DNA from: an uncultured delta proteobacterium
GTDB lineage: Bacteria > Desulfobacterota > WTBG01 > CAIYCZ01
Reading direction: 5' to 3'
NCBI GenBank assembly: GCA_963803975.1
Contig: CAWDOY010000052.1
Location: forward strand, 1 to 44,537
DNA: 44,537 nt
The position numbers were made by a program, and so were the translations under genes. Below the pieces are notes generated by a model, which was given only the letters and a program-made list of their open reading frames with translations, ran no database searches and had not been told where the DNA came from. The first letter of the stretch is position 1, and each line of letters starts with the position of its first letter. This document shows, in pieces, positions 20,086-28,992 of this stretch.

Positions 20086-20239
20086 AAATTGACAAAGTCG
20101 TAAAAGGTTCCCTGCTGTCATTGTGAGGAGTGAAACGACGAAGCAATCCAGGGAATTTCAGAAAGTTGTGAGATTGCCGCGCTTTGCTCGCAATGACAAA
20201 TTGTTCGGTTTTCGGCTTTTTACGACGTTATCAAAATTT
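20086..20239. repeat. MITE/REP-like composite palindromic element
   Basis: Outer IR TTGACAAAGTCGTAAAA / TTTTACGACGTTATCAA; inner TGTCATTGTGAG..GAAGCAATC / GATTGCCGC..CTCGCAATGACA. Confidence 0.65.
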
Positions 20240-20262
20240 AAAATATGAAAGGAGAAAGTAAG

Positions 20263-20373
20263 ATGAAGAAATGGAGATGCAGTGTTTGTGGATATGTTCA
20301 TGAGGGAGCCAATCCCCCCGAAAAGTGTCCTATCTGCGGAGTTCCCAAGACCAAGTTTGAAGAGATTTCTTAA
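20263..20373 (+). CDS. Rubredoxin-like small protein (36 aa; absent from ORF track)
   Basis: AAGGAG RBS; MKKWRCSVCGYVHEGANPPEKCPICGVPKTKFEEIS*. Confidence 0.88.
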   Translation: MKKWRCSVCGYVHEGANPPEKCPICGVPKTKFEEIS

Positions 20374-20397
20374 TTTCTACACGAAGGAGGATATTAT

Positions 20398-20970
20398 ATG
20401 GGTTTTAAAGGGAGCCAGACTGAAAAGAACCTGTTAGCTGCCTTTGCCGGTGAATCCCAGGCACGGAACCGCTACACCTATTTTGCCAGCGCGGCCAAAA
20501 AGGAAGGCTACGAGCAGATTGCGGCTATTTTTCTCGATACTGCTGAGAATGAAAAAGAGCATGCAAAGATATTTTTCAAGCTGCTGCAGGGCGGAGATGT
20601 TGAGATTATTGCCGCGTACCCTGGCGGCGTAATCGGCAACACGCTTGCTAATCTGAAGGCGGCTGCAGCAGGGGAGAATGCTGAGTGGACTGCTGTATAC
20701 CAGAATTTTGCCGAGACCGCCAAGAAAGAAGGGTTTGAAGAAGCATACCAGGCATTTACCTGGATTGCCAAGGTTGAAAAACACCATGAAGCCCGTTACC
20801 AGGCGCTGATAAAAAATATCGCGCAGGGAAAAGTATTTAAAAAAGATGCTTCCGTGCAGTGGCACTGCATAAACTGCGGCTACGTGCATGAAGGGAAGGA
20901 AGCGCCGGACAAATGCCCGGTCTGCCAGCATCCCCGGGCTTACTTTGAGGTCCTGGCGGAGAATTATTGA
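20398..20970 (+). CDS. rbr: Rubrerythrin
   Basis: [45 protein letters not shown]. Confidence 0.96.
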   Translation: MGFKGSQTEKNLLAAFAGESQARNRYTYFASAAKKEGYEQIAAIFLDTAENEKEHAKIFFKLLQGGDVEIIAAYPGGVIGNTLANLKAAAAGENAEWTAVYQNFAETAKKEGFEEAYQAFTWIAKVEKHHEARYQALIKNIAQGKVFKKDASVQWHCINCGYVHEGKEAPDKCPVCQHPRAYFEVLAENY

Positions 20971-20999
20971 GATCAATTCTCTTCAGCACCCCGGAGATA

Positions 21000-21041
21000 G
21001 AACAGGCATAATCCTTACGGGCTATGCCTGTTCGTTTTTTT
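21000..21041 (+). terminator. Intrinsic terminator after rbr
   Basis: GAACAGGCATA / TATGCCTGTTC stem followed by a T-run. Confidence 0.8.
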
Positions 21042-21210
21042 AAGCAATGCGCTTCAACAGGAAGCAGCCGGTTTGCCCTGGCAGCCGGGCATTGATCGCC
21101 GCTCTCTTCTAACCGCACCATTGAAGCCACAATGATCCACATGCGGGCGCCGCCTGTTTGCCGCCCGATAAGCCTTTTGTTTTGACAAGCAGCGCATTAT
21201 ATTTTATCCT

Positions 21211-21555
21211 ATGAACATGTCAAACAATGTCAGGGAAACATACTATCTCATTACCTACCGCGAGCCCAAAGACGGGCAAATAGTGACGCTTAAATCCCGC
21301 AGGGTAGCGGACTCGTCACTGGGCCTGAGCTTTATCGCCCTGTCGGATTTTATTTTTGATACCGATTCACTGGTGGTGAACCCTGCTGAAGAAGATCTGA
21401 AGAAACGCTTTGCCGCTGTCAAGACGCTTCACCTTTCCATTTACACGGTACTGTCAATTGAGGAAGTGGGCACAGAACATAAAGGCCTCACGTTCGAGAA
21501 AGACCGGTCAAACCTGGTCGTTTTTCCCACTACTCCGCGTCCCCCTAAACCATAG
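21211..21555 (+). CDS. Conserved hypothetical protein (DUF1820-like)
   Basis: SSLGLSFIALSDFIF...VVNPAEEDLKKRFAAVKTLHLSIYTVLSIEEV resembles DUF1820. Confidence 0.65.
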   Translation: MNMSNNVRETYYLITYREPKDGQIVTLKSRRVADSSLGLSFIALSDFIFDTDSLVVNPAEEDLKKRFAAVKTLHLSIYTVLSIEEVGTEHKGLTFEKDRSNLVVFPTTPRPPKP

Positions 21556-21683
21556 CGTTCCCGCTGACGGCAGCTTTAAATGCTTGCAGGATTTAAAAAG
21601 AGCGCGACTGATTGTAGTACTGACGCAGGTATGCCGGACGGCATGGTTTATCAACGAAGGGACTATTGCAGCAGGATTACCCT

Positions 21684-22568
21684 ATGGATGTTCTGGTAAA
21701 GGCAATGGCTCAGGATGAGCCCATTTTAGTGGTGGCGCTGGTTGATACGGAAACAGTTGAAAAGGCACGGGCAATGCACGACACCTTCCCCACTGCCACG
21801 GCAGCGCTGGGAAGAACCATGAGCGCGGCGCTCCTGCTCTCATCGCTGCTCAAGGAAGGGCAGAAGGTCATTGTGCAGGTGGCGGGAGACGGCCCGCTGC
21901 AGGGAGTTGTCGCGGAGGCAGACTGGCAGTGCCGGGTGCGGAGCTATATAAAGCAGCCCCATATCCACCTGGGGCTGAAGGATGGCAAGCTTGATGTGGG
22001 GCGGGCCATCGGCAAAGGGTTTTTCAATGTCATAAAGGATCTGGGCCTGCGCGATTATTATAAGGGCAGCGTGCCGCTGCAGACCGGCGAGATCGCGACT
22101 GATCTGGCATACTATCTCAACCAGTCAGAGCAGATTCCTGCCGCCGTATCCCTCGGCGTCTATGTTGAAACAGACAACGCGGCTAAGGCAAGCGGCGGCT
22201 TTATGATCCACTCTCTCCCCGGTTCCAGTGAAGAGATCATAGACTACCTGGAAAACAGGCTGCCGGGTGTACGCCAGGTGAGCGCCATGATCCGCGAAGG
22301 CCTCGGTCCGGAGCAGATCATTCACGAAGCACTGGGCCTTCCGTTTAAGATTCTGGAAGAGAGAGAAGTTCAATATTACTGTCACTGCACCAGAGGCAGA
22401 GTGCTGGATGCCATAGCTTCCATTGGCAAAAACGATATTGAAGAGCTCATACACAAAGGCGAAACAGTACAGGTGCAATGCGAGTTCTGCAAGGCTGAGT
22501 ACTCTGTGGCACAGGGTGAACTGGCGGCGCTCGTTAATGATTCCGCAGCAGTTTCTGCAAAAAAGTGA
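21684..22568 (+). CDS. hslO: Hsp33 redox-regulated chaperone
   Basis: PTATAALGRTM, GDGPL, GEIATDLAYYLNQSEQIPAAVSLGV, CHC...CEFC zinc motif. Confidence 0.95.
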   Translation: MDVLVKAMAQDEPILVVALVDTETVEKARAMHDTFPTATAALGRTMSAALLLSSLLKEGQKVIVQVAGDGPLQGVVAEADWQCRVRSYIKQPHIHLGLKDGKLDVGRAIGKGFFNVIKDLGLRDYYKGSVPLQTGEIATDLAYYLNQSEQIPAAVSLGVYVETDNAAKASGGFMIHSLPGSSEEIIDYLENRLPGVRQVSAMIREGLGPEQIIHEALGLPFKILEEREVQYYCHCTRGRVLDAIASIGKNDIEELIHKGETVQVQCEFCKAEYSVAQGELAALVNDSAAVSAKK

Positions 22569-22667
22569 CCTTCCTCCTTAACCCCTTCAACGTGAAAGGG
22601 TTGCACTTGCAGTGGCAGCATGGGTATGATACATATTGCCTTGCGTTAAAAGTTGAGCTGCCATACC

Positions 22668-24404
22668 ATGCCCCAAAATCCATTTTTCTCTGAATTTCTC
22701 ATCATATTGATTGCGGCCACCGTGGTCGCCCTTGTCTTTGAACGCATTCGGCTGTCGGTGATACTGGGATTCCTGCTTGCCGGGGTGGTTATCGGCCCGC
22801 ACGGCTTAAAGCTCATTACCGACTCTGAGCGCATACATATCTTTGCCGATATCGGCGTCATCCTGTTAATGCTCACCATCGGGCTTGAGTTCTCTTTTGC
22901 CCGGCTCAAAGGCTTGCGCAATCTTGGTGTATTCGGCGGTGGAGCGCAGATCATTCTTTCTATTGCCATTGCCGTCCTGGTGGCGCGGTGGTGGGGCTGG
23001 TCATATTACGCTGGTTTTGTTCTTGGCGCCGTTGTTGCCCTGAGTTCAACAGCCATTGTGTTAAAATATCTGACGGACCGGGCTGAACTTGATACGCAGC
23101 AGGGGCGGATTGCCGTTGCCATCCTCATTTTTCAGGATTTGGCATTTGTGCCGCTGATGATTCTTATTGGAACCCTTGGCGCAAGCGGAGAGGCGGTGTA
23201 CCTGAGGCTTGCGTGGGCGATTGTCAAAGCAGCGCTGTTTTTTGCCGGTGTTATTTTTTTCGCGCGCTACCTGCTGCCCCGCTTTTTTCAGCGGATTGCG
23301 CTCTCCCGCAGTCGTGAAATTTTTCTGCTGACCGCGGTGATCATCATCCTGGGGACCGCCTGGCTGAGCGGCCAGTTGGGCCTTTCGATGGCCATCGGCG
23401 CATTTGTGGCCGGCGTTATGTTTGCAGACACTGATTTTGGCAATCGCCTGGTGGGCGAAACCATTGCGTTTCGCCATATATTTGTGAGCCTGTTTTTTGT
23501 TTCCATCGGGCTGCTGTTTGATCTTCAGTTCGCTGCTGCCCACAGTATCACTATAGCCCTCGTCGTGGGGCTGGTGCTGCTGGTCAACTGCGTGGTAACA
23601 GCGCTGGTAATTCTGTTTTTCAGCTATTCTCTGCGGGTTGCGCTGGCAACAGGCATTATTCTTGCCCAGATTGGCGAGTTTTCATTTCTGCTCCTTGAGG
23701 CTTCACGAAATACCGGCGGCATTGATGCGTTTTTCTATAATGTGCTGCTTTCAAGCGCCTTCCTCACCATGTTTTTAACCCCGCTCTTATTCAGCCTGCT
23801 TCCGTTGCTGCTCCAGCTCTCACAGCGCATCCCCCTGTTCGGCGTAGCGCTGGGGCGCGCACAGGGCAGCGCAGAGATTTCCTGTCTGGAAATGAAGGAG
23901 CACGTTATTCTGTGCGGTTTCGGCCCTCTGGGAACAGACCTTGCCCAGGCATTCCAGGATGAGGGCATTCTGTTTGTAATTATTGAGATGAACCACCGCC
24001 TGGTGCGTGAAGCGAAAAATCACTTATACCCGGTTCTCTATGGCGACGCAGCCAATGAGGAGATCCTGAAGAAAGCCGGCATTCACCGGGCACGGGCGCT
24101 GGTGGTCACGTTTGCCGATCCTACGGCAATGGCGCAGATCGTGCGCGTTGTCCAGGTGCTCAGCCCGGGGACGTTCGTTGCGGTGCGCAGCCGTTTTGAG
24201 CGGGACATTCCCGCGCTCTATGAGCTGGGCGCTGATGCTGTGGTGATGGAAGAACTGGAGGCAAGCTGCGAACTGAACCGCATCATCCTGGAGCATCTGG
24301 CAGTTGATCTGCAGCAGATAGAGCATTACCTCAACCGCATCCGGCAGCGAAAAGAGCTCAACATCGAGGCGGCAATCTTCAAGCGCATGCAAAAACAGGC
24401 ATAG
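22668..24404 (+). CDS. CPA2 cation:proton antiporter with TrkA-N (KTN) domain (KefB/C/YbaL-like)
   Basis: GVILLMLTIGLEFS, LSSTAIV, IFQD, FFVSIG, LAQIGEFSF, HVILCGFGPLG, YGDA. Confidence 0.92.
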   Translation: MPQNPFFSEFLIILIAATVVALVFERIRLSVILGFLLAGVVIGPHGLKLITDSERIHIFADIGVILLMLTIGLEFSFARLKGLRNLGVFGGGAQIILSIAIAVLVARWWGWSYYAGFVLGAVVALSSTAIVLKYLTDRAELDTQQGRIAVAILIFQDLAFVPLMILIGTLGASGEAVYLRLAWAIVKAALFFAGVIFFARYLLPRFFQRIALSRSREIFLLTAVIIILGTAWLSGQLGLSMAIGAFVAGVMFADTDFGNRLVGETIAFRHIFVSLFFVSIGLLFDLQFAAAHSITIALVVGLVLLVNCVVTALVILFFSYSLRVALATGIILAQIGEFSFLLLEASRNTGGIDAFFYNVLLSSAFLTMFLTPLLFSLLPLLLQLSQRIPLFGVALGRAQGSAEISCLEMKEHVILCGFGPLGTDLAQAFQDEGILFVIIEMNHRLVREAKNHLYPVLYGDAANEEILKKAGIHRARALVVTFADPTAMAQIVRVVQVLSPGTFVAVRSRFERDIPALYELGADAVVMEELEASCELNRIILEHLAVDLQQIEHYLNRIRQRKELNIEAAIFKRMQKQA

Positions 24405-24628
24405 CCGGCGAGCCTGTTTTGTATTATATAGTAAATGCTGAAATGAGCGGCGTCGAGGCTCCCAGCCTGTGTCGCAGCCCGGTTCACGGGCCTTTTTATA
24501 ACAACCTGTTGAAATTATTTCGCTGCTGCAAAGCGGTTTATTGTTCCGCATTGCAGGAATCTTCCAACCACTTGAATTAACATATCTTTATTTGGCTGCT
24601 CAAAAAATGAGCAATGTGCTGCAACCCC

Positions 24629-24715
24629 TGTGGTTATGTGCGTCCGAGCACTTTTTATGGGCAGTTATCCACAGGGTTTACACAGAACCTGTGGATTTGT
24701 CAGGATTGTGTTAAG
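24629..24715. promoter_or_regulatory. Cluster of DnaA-box-like 9-mers
   Basis: Perfect TTATCCACA 24665-24673; GTTTACACA 24676-24684; reverse-oriented TGTGGTTAT 24629, TGTGGATTT 24690, TGTGTTAAG 24707. Confidence 0.4.
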
Positions 24716-24816
24716 AGCGTGTCTTTCTTGTTGTAACAGATGCTCAAACAGAATATGGTTAAGGCGGGTGCTTTAAGAGAAAAATCACTTAATTATTCAG
24801 AAGGAGGGCGAGTACC

Positions 24817-25149
24817 ATGAAAAAAAGTTTAATAATCACTGTTACTATATTTGCGGCCTGTTCTTTTATGTCAGCTGCTTCAGCAGGAGAACCAGCAGCA
24901 ACGGCGAATGCGGGGGAAAAACTTTTTACGCAGCAGTGTGCCGTATGCCACCCGCAGGGCGGAAACATTATCAATCCTCAAAAAACCCTGTCTAAAAAAA
25001 TCCTTGCTGCCAATAATATCAAAACAGAAGCAGACATTATTAAAATTATGCGGAATGGTGCCCCCGGAATGTCAAAATTCGACACAGCCGCAATTTCAGA
25101 TGAAGACGCGAAATTGATAGCCGGATATATTCTGAAAACTTTTAAATAA
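24817..25149 (+). CDS. Monoheme class I cytochrome c (c6/c553-like)
   Basis: Signal peptide; GEKLFTQQCAVCHPQGGNIINPQKTL; distal Met in PGMSKF. Confidence 0.9.
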   Translation: MKKSLIITVTIFAACSFMSAASAGEPAATANAGEKLFTQQCAVCHPQGGNIINPQKTLSKKILAANNIKTEADIIKIMRNGAPGMSKFDTAAISDEDAKLIAGYILKTFK

Positions 25150-25208
25150 ATCTGCACAACGGCCGCTGTTGCGGGATGTGGAGCCATTTAAGCAGAAAGG
25201 AGAAAGAT

Positions 25209-25511
25209 ATGCCGGTTAAGCCGACTGAAAGGGAAGAAGAATATTTTGCGCGCACGGAGTTTGAACGGTTAAAGAAAATAGAGGAAGAAAAGCATAAAAA
25301 ACTTGCCCAGGAACAAAAGAAGCATTTGCGGGACCTCCACTATATGCGGTGCCCGAAATGCGGTATGGAACTGGTGGAGATTGATTATAAGGGCATCACA
25401 ATAGACCGATGCTCAGAATGTGACGGCGTATGGCTTGATGCCGGCGAGCTGCATAGTGTGTCGAAGCTTGAGAAAAGCGGGCTGGATAAATTTTTCAGCA
25501 TTTTTAAATAG
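25209..25511 (+). CDS. zf-TFIIB-type zinc-ribbon protein
   Basis: EEEYFAR..E; MRCPKCGMEL..IDRCSECDGVWLDAGEL; AGGAG RBS. Confidence 0.85.
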   Translation: MPVKPTEREEEYFARTEFERLKKIEEEKHKKLAQEQKKHLRDLHYMRCPKCGMELVEIDYKGITIDRCSECDGVWLDAGELHSVSKLEKSGLDKFFSIFK

Positions 25512-25545
25512 AGCGCATCTATCACAAAGGCTGAGCAGGTAAGTT

Positions 25546-26565
25546 ATGAAAACTATACAGCTGGGCAAAACCGGCATCAACGCAAAAAAACTTGGCTTTG
25601 GCGCCATGTACCTCCCCCGGATTACGCCGGAAGAATCAGACCGGCTGCTGACGAGGGCGCTTGAGCTCGGGATAAACTACTTTGATACTGCATCCGCCTA
25701 CATGGACAGCGAGGAAAAGCTTGGCAGGGTGCTCTCCAAACGGGAGAAGGATTTTACCATCATGACCCGCTCCATAGCCTGGAGAACCGGCATTGATGAT
25801 TTAAAAAAAGATTTTGCCCAGAGCTTTGCGCGGCTTAACGTCGAGACCCTGGATTTCTACGGGTTCCACGCGGTCAACCAGCCTCCTGAGCTTGACCTGG
25901 TCATGAAGGAGCCGCTTGACTATCTCAAGGAACAGAAAGCACGAGGCAGGATCAAACATATCGCCATTACCGGCCACAACCCGAAGACCCTGACCACGGC
26001 ATTACAGACCGGGGAGTTCGGCATGGTGATGTTCCCGTTCAATGTGATCGAGCAGGAGCCGCTCCAGGAGCTTATCGGGACGGCCAATGCGATGGGCGTG
26101 GCCACCTCCATCATGAAGCCGCTGGCAGGAGGGGTTATTGAAAGCAAAGCCCTTGCCCTGCGGTTTTTTCTCTCTCACGCAATCGATGTTATTACCCCCG
26201 GGATGATGTCGCTTGAGGAGCTTGAGGAAAATTTCCAGGTCATTGATAAGGGCGCGCCGCTTTCAGCAGAAGAACTGCAGCGGCTTGAAGACGAGGTCAG
26301 GGCGCTGGGCAAAGAGTTCTGCCGGCGCTGTTCATACTGCATGCCGTGCCCCCATAACATCATGATTCCCTTTGTGCACATGCTGCACATGAAGTGCTAT
26401 GGAAAAGAGATGAATGATGATGTGGCCTACACGCTGGAGCTGGCACGGCGCATGCTGCCGCAGCTTGAGGCGTGCGAAGCCTGCGGCAAGTGCATTGAGA
26501 AGTGCCCTTACACTATTCCGACACCAAAGAGGATTGCAGAATTAAAAGAACTGCTTACATCATAA
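25546..26565 (+). CDS. Aldo/keto reductase with C-terminal 4Fe-4S dicluster domain
   Basis: LGKTG..LGFGAM, GINYFDTASAY, MKPLAGG, CRRCSYCMPCP, CEACGKCIEKCP. Confidence 0.92.
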   Translation: MKTIQLGKTGINAKKLGFGAMYLPRITPEESDRLLTRALELGINYFDTASAYMDSEEKLGRVLSKREKDFTIMTRSIAWRTGIDDLKKDFAQSFARLNVETLDFYGFHAVNQPPELDLVMKEPLDYLKEQKARGRIKHIAITGHNPKTLTTALQTGEFGMVMFPFNVIEQEPLQELIGTANAMGVATSIMKPLAGGVIESKALALRFFLSHAIDVITPGMMSLEELEENFQVIDKGAPLSAEELQRLEDEVRALGKEFCRRCSYCMPCPHNIMIPFVHMLHMKCYGKEMNDDVAYTLELARRMLPQLEACEACGKCIEKCPYTIPTPKRIAELKELLTS

Positions 26566-26585
26566 TAGACGGGACGGGTTAGATC

Positions 26586-27185
26586 ATGGACGAGCTGTTA
26601 CGGGACAAGAATGATTTTTTACGCAACCTGTTTGATGCATTACCATCGATGCTGTTTGTGGTTGATGAAGATGTCAGAATACTCTTCTGTAATGCTGCGG
26701 CAGCAGCATTAGTCGGCACCAATGCAGAGCAGGTTTTTAAGAAGCGGGGAGGGGAGGCGCTTCACTGCATTCATGCAACTGATGTTCCCGAAGGGTGCGG
26801 CAGGGCGGAATACTGCAAAGATTGCGTGGTACGGCAATCAGTGAACGAAGCATTTCGCGGCAATTCGGTATGCCGTAAAAAGACCAGAATGGAGCTACAA
26901 AACAATGGCAGCAATACGATAATAGACGTCTATGCTCTGGTTACTGCAGCTCCTTTTGTCTGTGACGGCGCATCGTATGCATTGTTGGCGCTGGAAAACA
27001 TAAGTGAACTAATAAAACTCAGAAGCACCCTGCCCATATGTGCCAGCTGCAAAAAAATCCGTAACGACGAGAATTACTGGGAAACAATTGAAAAGTATTT
27101 TTCCACCCATCTTGATGTTGAGTTTTCCCACTCCATTTGCCCGGAGTGCCGCGCCTCCCTGTATCCAGAGACAAAGACTGGGTGA
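26586..27185 (+). CDS. PAS-domain protein with C-terminal Cys-rich motif
   Basis: LFDALPSMLFVVDEDVRILFCNAAA; LPICASCKKIR..YW..IEKY..FSHSICPEC. Confidence 0.85.
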   Translation: MDELLRDKNDFLRNLFDALPSMLFVVDEDVRILFCNAAAAALVGTNAEQVFKKRGGEALHCIHATDVPEGCGRAEYCKDCVVRQSVNEAFRGNSVCRKKTRMELQNNGSNTIIDVYALVTAAPFVCDGASYALLALENISELIKLRSTLPICASCKKIRNDENYWETIEKYFSTHLDVEFSHSICPECRASLYPETKTG

Positions 27186-27189
27186 AGCA

Positions 27190-27405
27190 GGGAGAAGAGG
27201 CACAGAGACAACCCGCCTTCGCACGAGGCTATGGCGGGCGAGGAGGCACAAAGAATAAGTCGGTGAATCGGTGAATGCGGTGAAGAGGTAAAGAGACAGA
27301 AGAAAGTGCTGAGCGACGAGTAACGAGTGCTGAGTTCGGGTAACGAGTCACGAGCCCCAAGCCCCGAATCCCGAGTCGTGGGTCACGAACCCCGAGTCCC
27401 GAGCC
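27190..27405. repeat. Mosaic of degenerate 7-8-mer tandem repeats
   Basis: GGTGAAT(C), AACGAGT, CCCGA(A/G)T units; segments shared in inverted form with 33570-33745. Confidence 0.7.
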
Positions 27406-27552
27406 CCGCTCCAGGCACTGCTCCGTCGTTTCACCGGGCTCCACCTTGCCGCCGGGAAATTCCCACTTGTGCTCCAGCCGATCGCCGGGTTTGCGCCGGC
27501 TAAGAAAAATCTTTCCCTTTTCTTCCATCACCGCGCAGGTAACTGTCTGCAT
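27406..27552 (-). pseudogene. mutT: Truncated MutT/Nudix hydrolase (first 49 codons only)
   Basis: MQTVTCAVM..KIFLSRRK..KWEFPGGKVEPGETTEQCLER, then repeat-derived sequence; the Nudix box lacks E-x-x-EE-x-G. Confidence 0.75.
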
Positions 27553-28457
27553 GACAAACCAGCAATGCTGTTATCTTGCTCTGAGAAATGTTCTAAAACA
27601 AAAGCCAAAGTAAGGATGTATATATATACCCAGTTTTTGGTTTCCCAGGGAGTAGGAAATAGTATGGTATATACAACTGCTGATACAATAGTTACTGATA
27701 GATAATTCAATTTTAATTTCAGGTTAATTAGAAATGGTATTATGAACATCAATACAATAGGGATATAAACCAATCTGAACCCGTATCCGGTTAATGAAAA
27801 TAGCCCGACGGGAATCTGACCAGCAGAAACCGGCCGGGTTATTACAAAAACAATAATCCACCATCCTAAAAACATCAGCCCTGTTTTTAAAAACTTCTTT
27901 TCCTTGAAAAAATAGAGCAAGACGAGAAAAACAGACGTTTCCTTGTTAAAAGCCGCAAGAAAAACCAGACCACAGTAAGATACATATTTCGCTTTAAATT
28001 CCTTTTCCAACATTAAGAGCCCTATTGTTACAAATAATCCCTGCATCAGGTCTTTGGTATTAAAAATTGTATAACCCTCAGAAAACAATAAGGTAAACAT
28101 GGGAAACAATAACAGATTGCCAATTAGCGGGAAGGATTTTACACTGGCAAGATATTGGTGGAATGTTACAAAAAGTAAAAACAGCAAAACAAATCTTAAA
28201 ACAGGGTCTAAAACAGTAACTTCAACTGAAATAATCTTTTGTGCATTTTTTAAAATCCAATATTGCAGCGGCCTTAATGTATCATAGTCCGGCACTGAAC
28301 CAGCCTTTAAATCAGATTTTGGATTATTGAATTTAGATAGAGTATATTCTCTTTCAGATACAGTGCTATAATCGATATTTTTAAAATGCAAAAATCTATA
28401 TGTTTGTGTGGTCAATATTAATGATAAAATTGCATATAACAGTATATATCTCATCAT
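27528..28457 (-). CDS. AT-rich polytopic membrane protein (possibly GT-C-fold-like)
   Basis: Multiple hydrophobic segments, FLAAFNKETSVFL motif, visibly lower GC than its neighbours; GAGG RBS before ATG 28457. Confidence 0.65.
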   Translation of the reverse strand: MMRYILLYAILSLILTTQTYRFLHFKNIDYSTVSEREYTLSKFNNPKSDLKAGSVPDYDTLRPLQYWILKNAQKIISVEVTVLDPVLRFVLLFLLFVTFHQYLASVKSFPLIGNLLLFPMFTLLFSEGYTIFNTKDLMQGLFVTIGLLMLEKEFKAKYVSYCGLVFLAAFNKETSVFLVLLYFFKEKKFLKTGLMFLGWWIIVFVITRPVSAGQIPVGLFSLTGYGFRLVYIPIVLMFIIPFLINLKLKLNYLSVTIVSAVVYTILFPTPWETKNWVYIYILTLAFVLEHFSEQDNSIAGLSCRQLPAR

Positions 28458-28600
28458 TTTTCTGTTCCTCAAACTATAGTTACGTAATAAGAGGTAGCGT
28501 GACGGAAACTTATGACAAAGGGTTACCTTTTTTGCTACCCTCTACTACATATTTCTTGCACAATCAATTAAATAACTGTGAGCAGTAAAAAATATGAACG

Positions 28601-28649
28601 ATTAAAACAGAAAGGACTCAACCCCGAACTTTATGTTCAGGATTTAGCC
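28601..28649. repeat. 49-bp direct repeat, copy 1 (hairpin)
   Basis: ATTAAAACAGAAAGGACTCAACCCCGAACTTTATGTTCAGGATTTAGCC; 44/49 identical to 30137-30185. Confidence 0.85.
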
Positions 28650-28992
28650 ATTGATTTTCCCGAGCCTGCGGTGGGCCGTGAGCCGTGAGCCACTCGGCCT
28701 TGAGCTCGTGGCCGAAAGGCTTGTCGAACGGTCAACCATAATATGACACATGAAGATGACCCGCGTAACCCACTTTAAAATACTTGCAGGATGGAATGGT
28801 AAGCAGTAGTATCTAATGACAACTACGCCTTGGATGCGTTATTAAAAAACAAGTCTGCTGGAGATATTTTTCCATGTTTGCGGGGAGCACCGGAAATCTT
28901 TTCAAAAGCAAATTCACTGAAGCTTCCGTCACCATAGCAGATGATGGAAGCTTTTGCTTTTTACCAAATCACCTAATAAAAGGAGGTCGGCA

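Noticed and set aside
24817..25149. Photosynthetic cytochrome c6 (petJ)
   Set aside because: No photosynthesis genes nearby; c6-like class I cytochromes also occur in non-phototrophic anaerobes.
28490..28545. Riboswitch upstream of the AT-rich membrane gene (AGAGGTAGC...GCTACCCTCT)
   Set aside because: Only an outer stem is evident; I could not match conserved cores of lysine, c-di-GMP or other known riboswitches.
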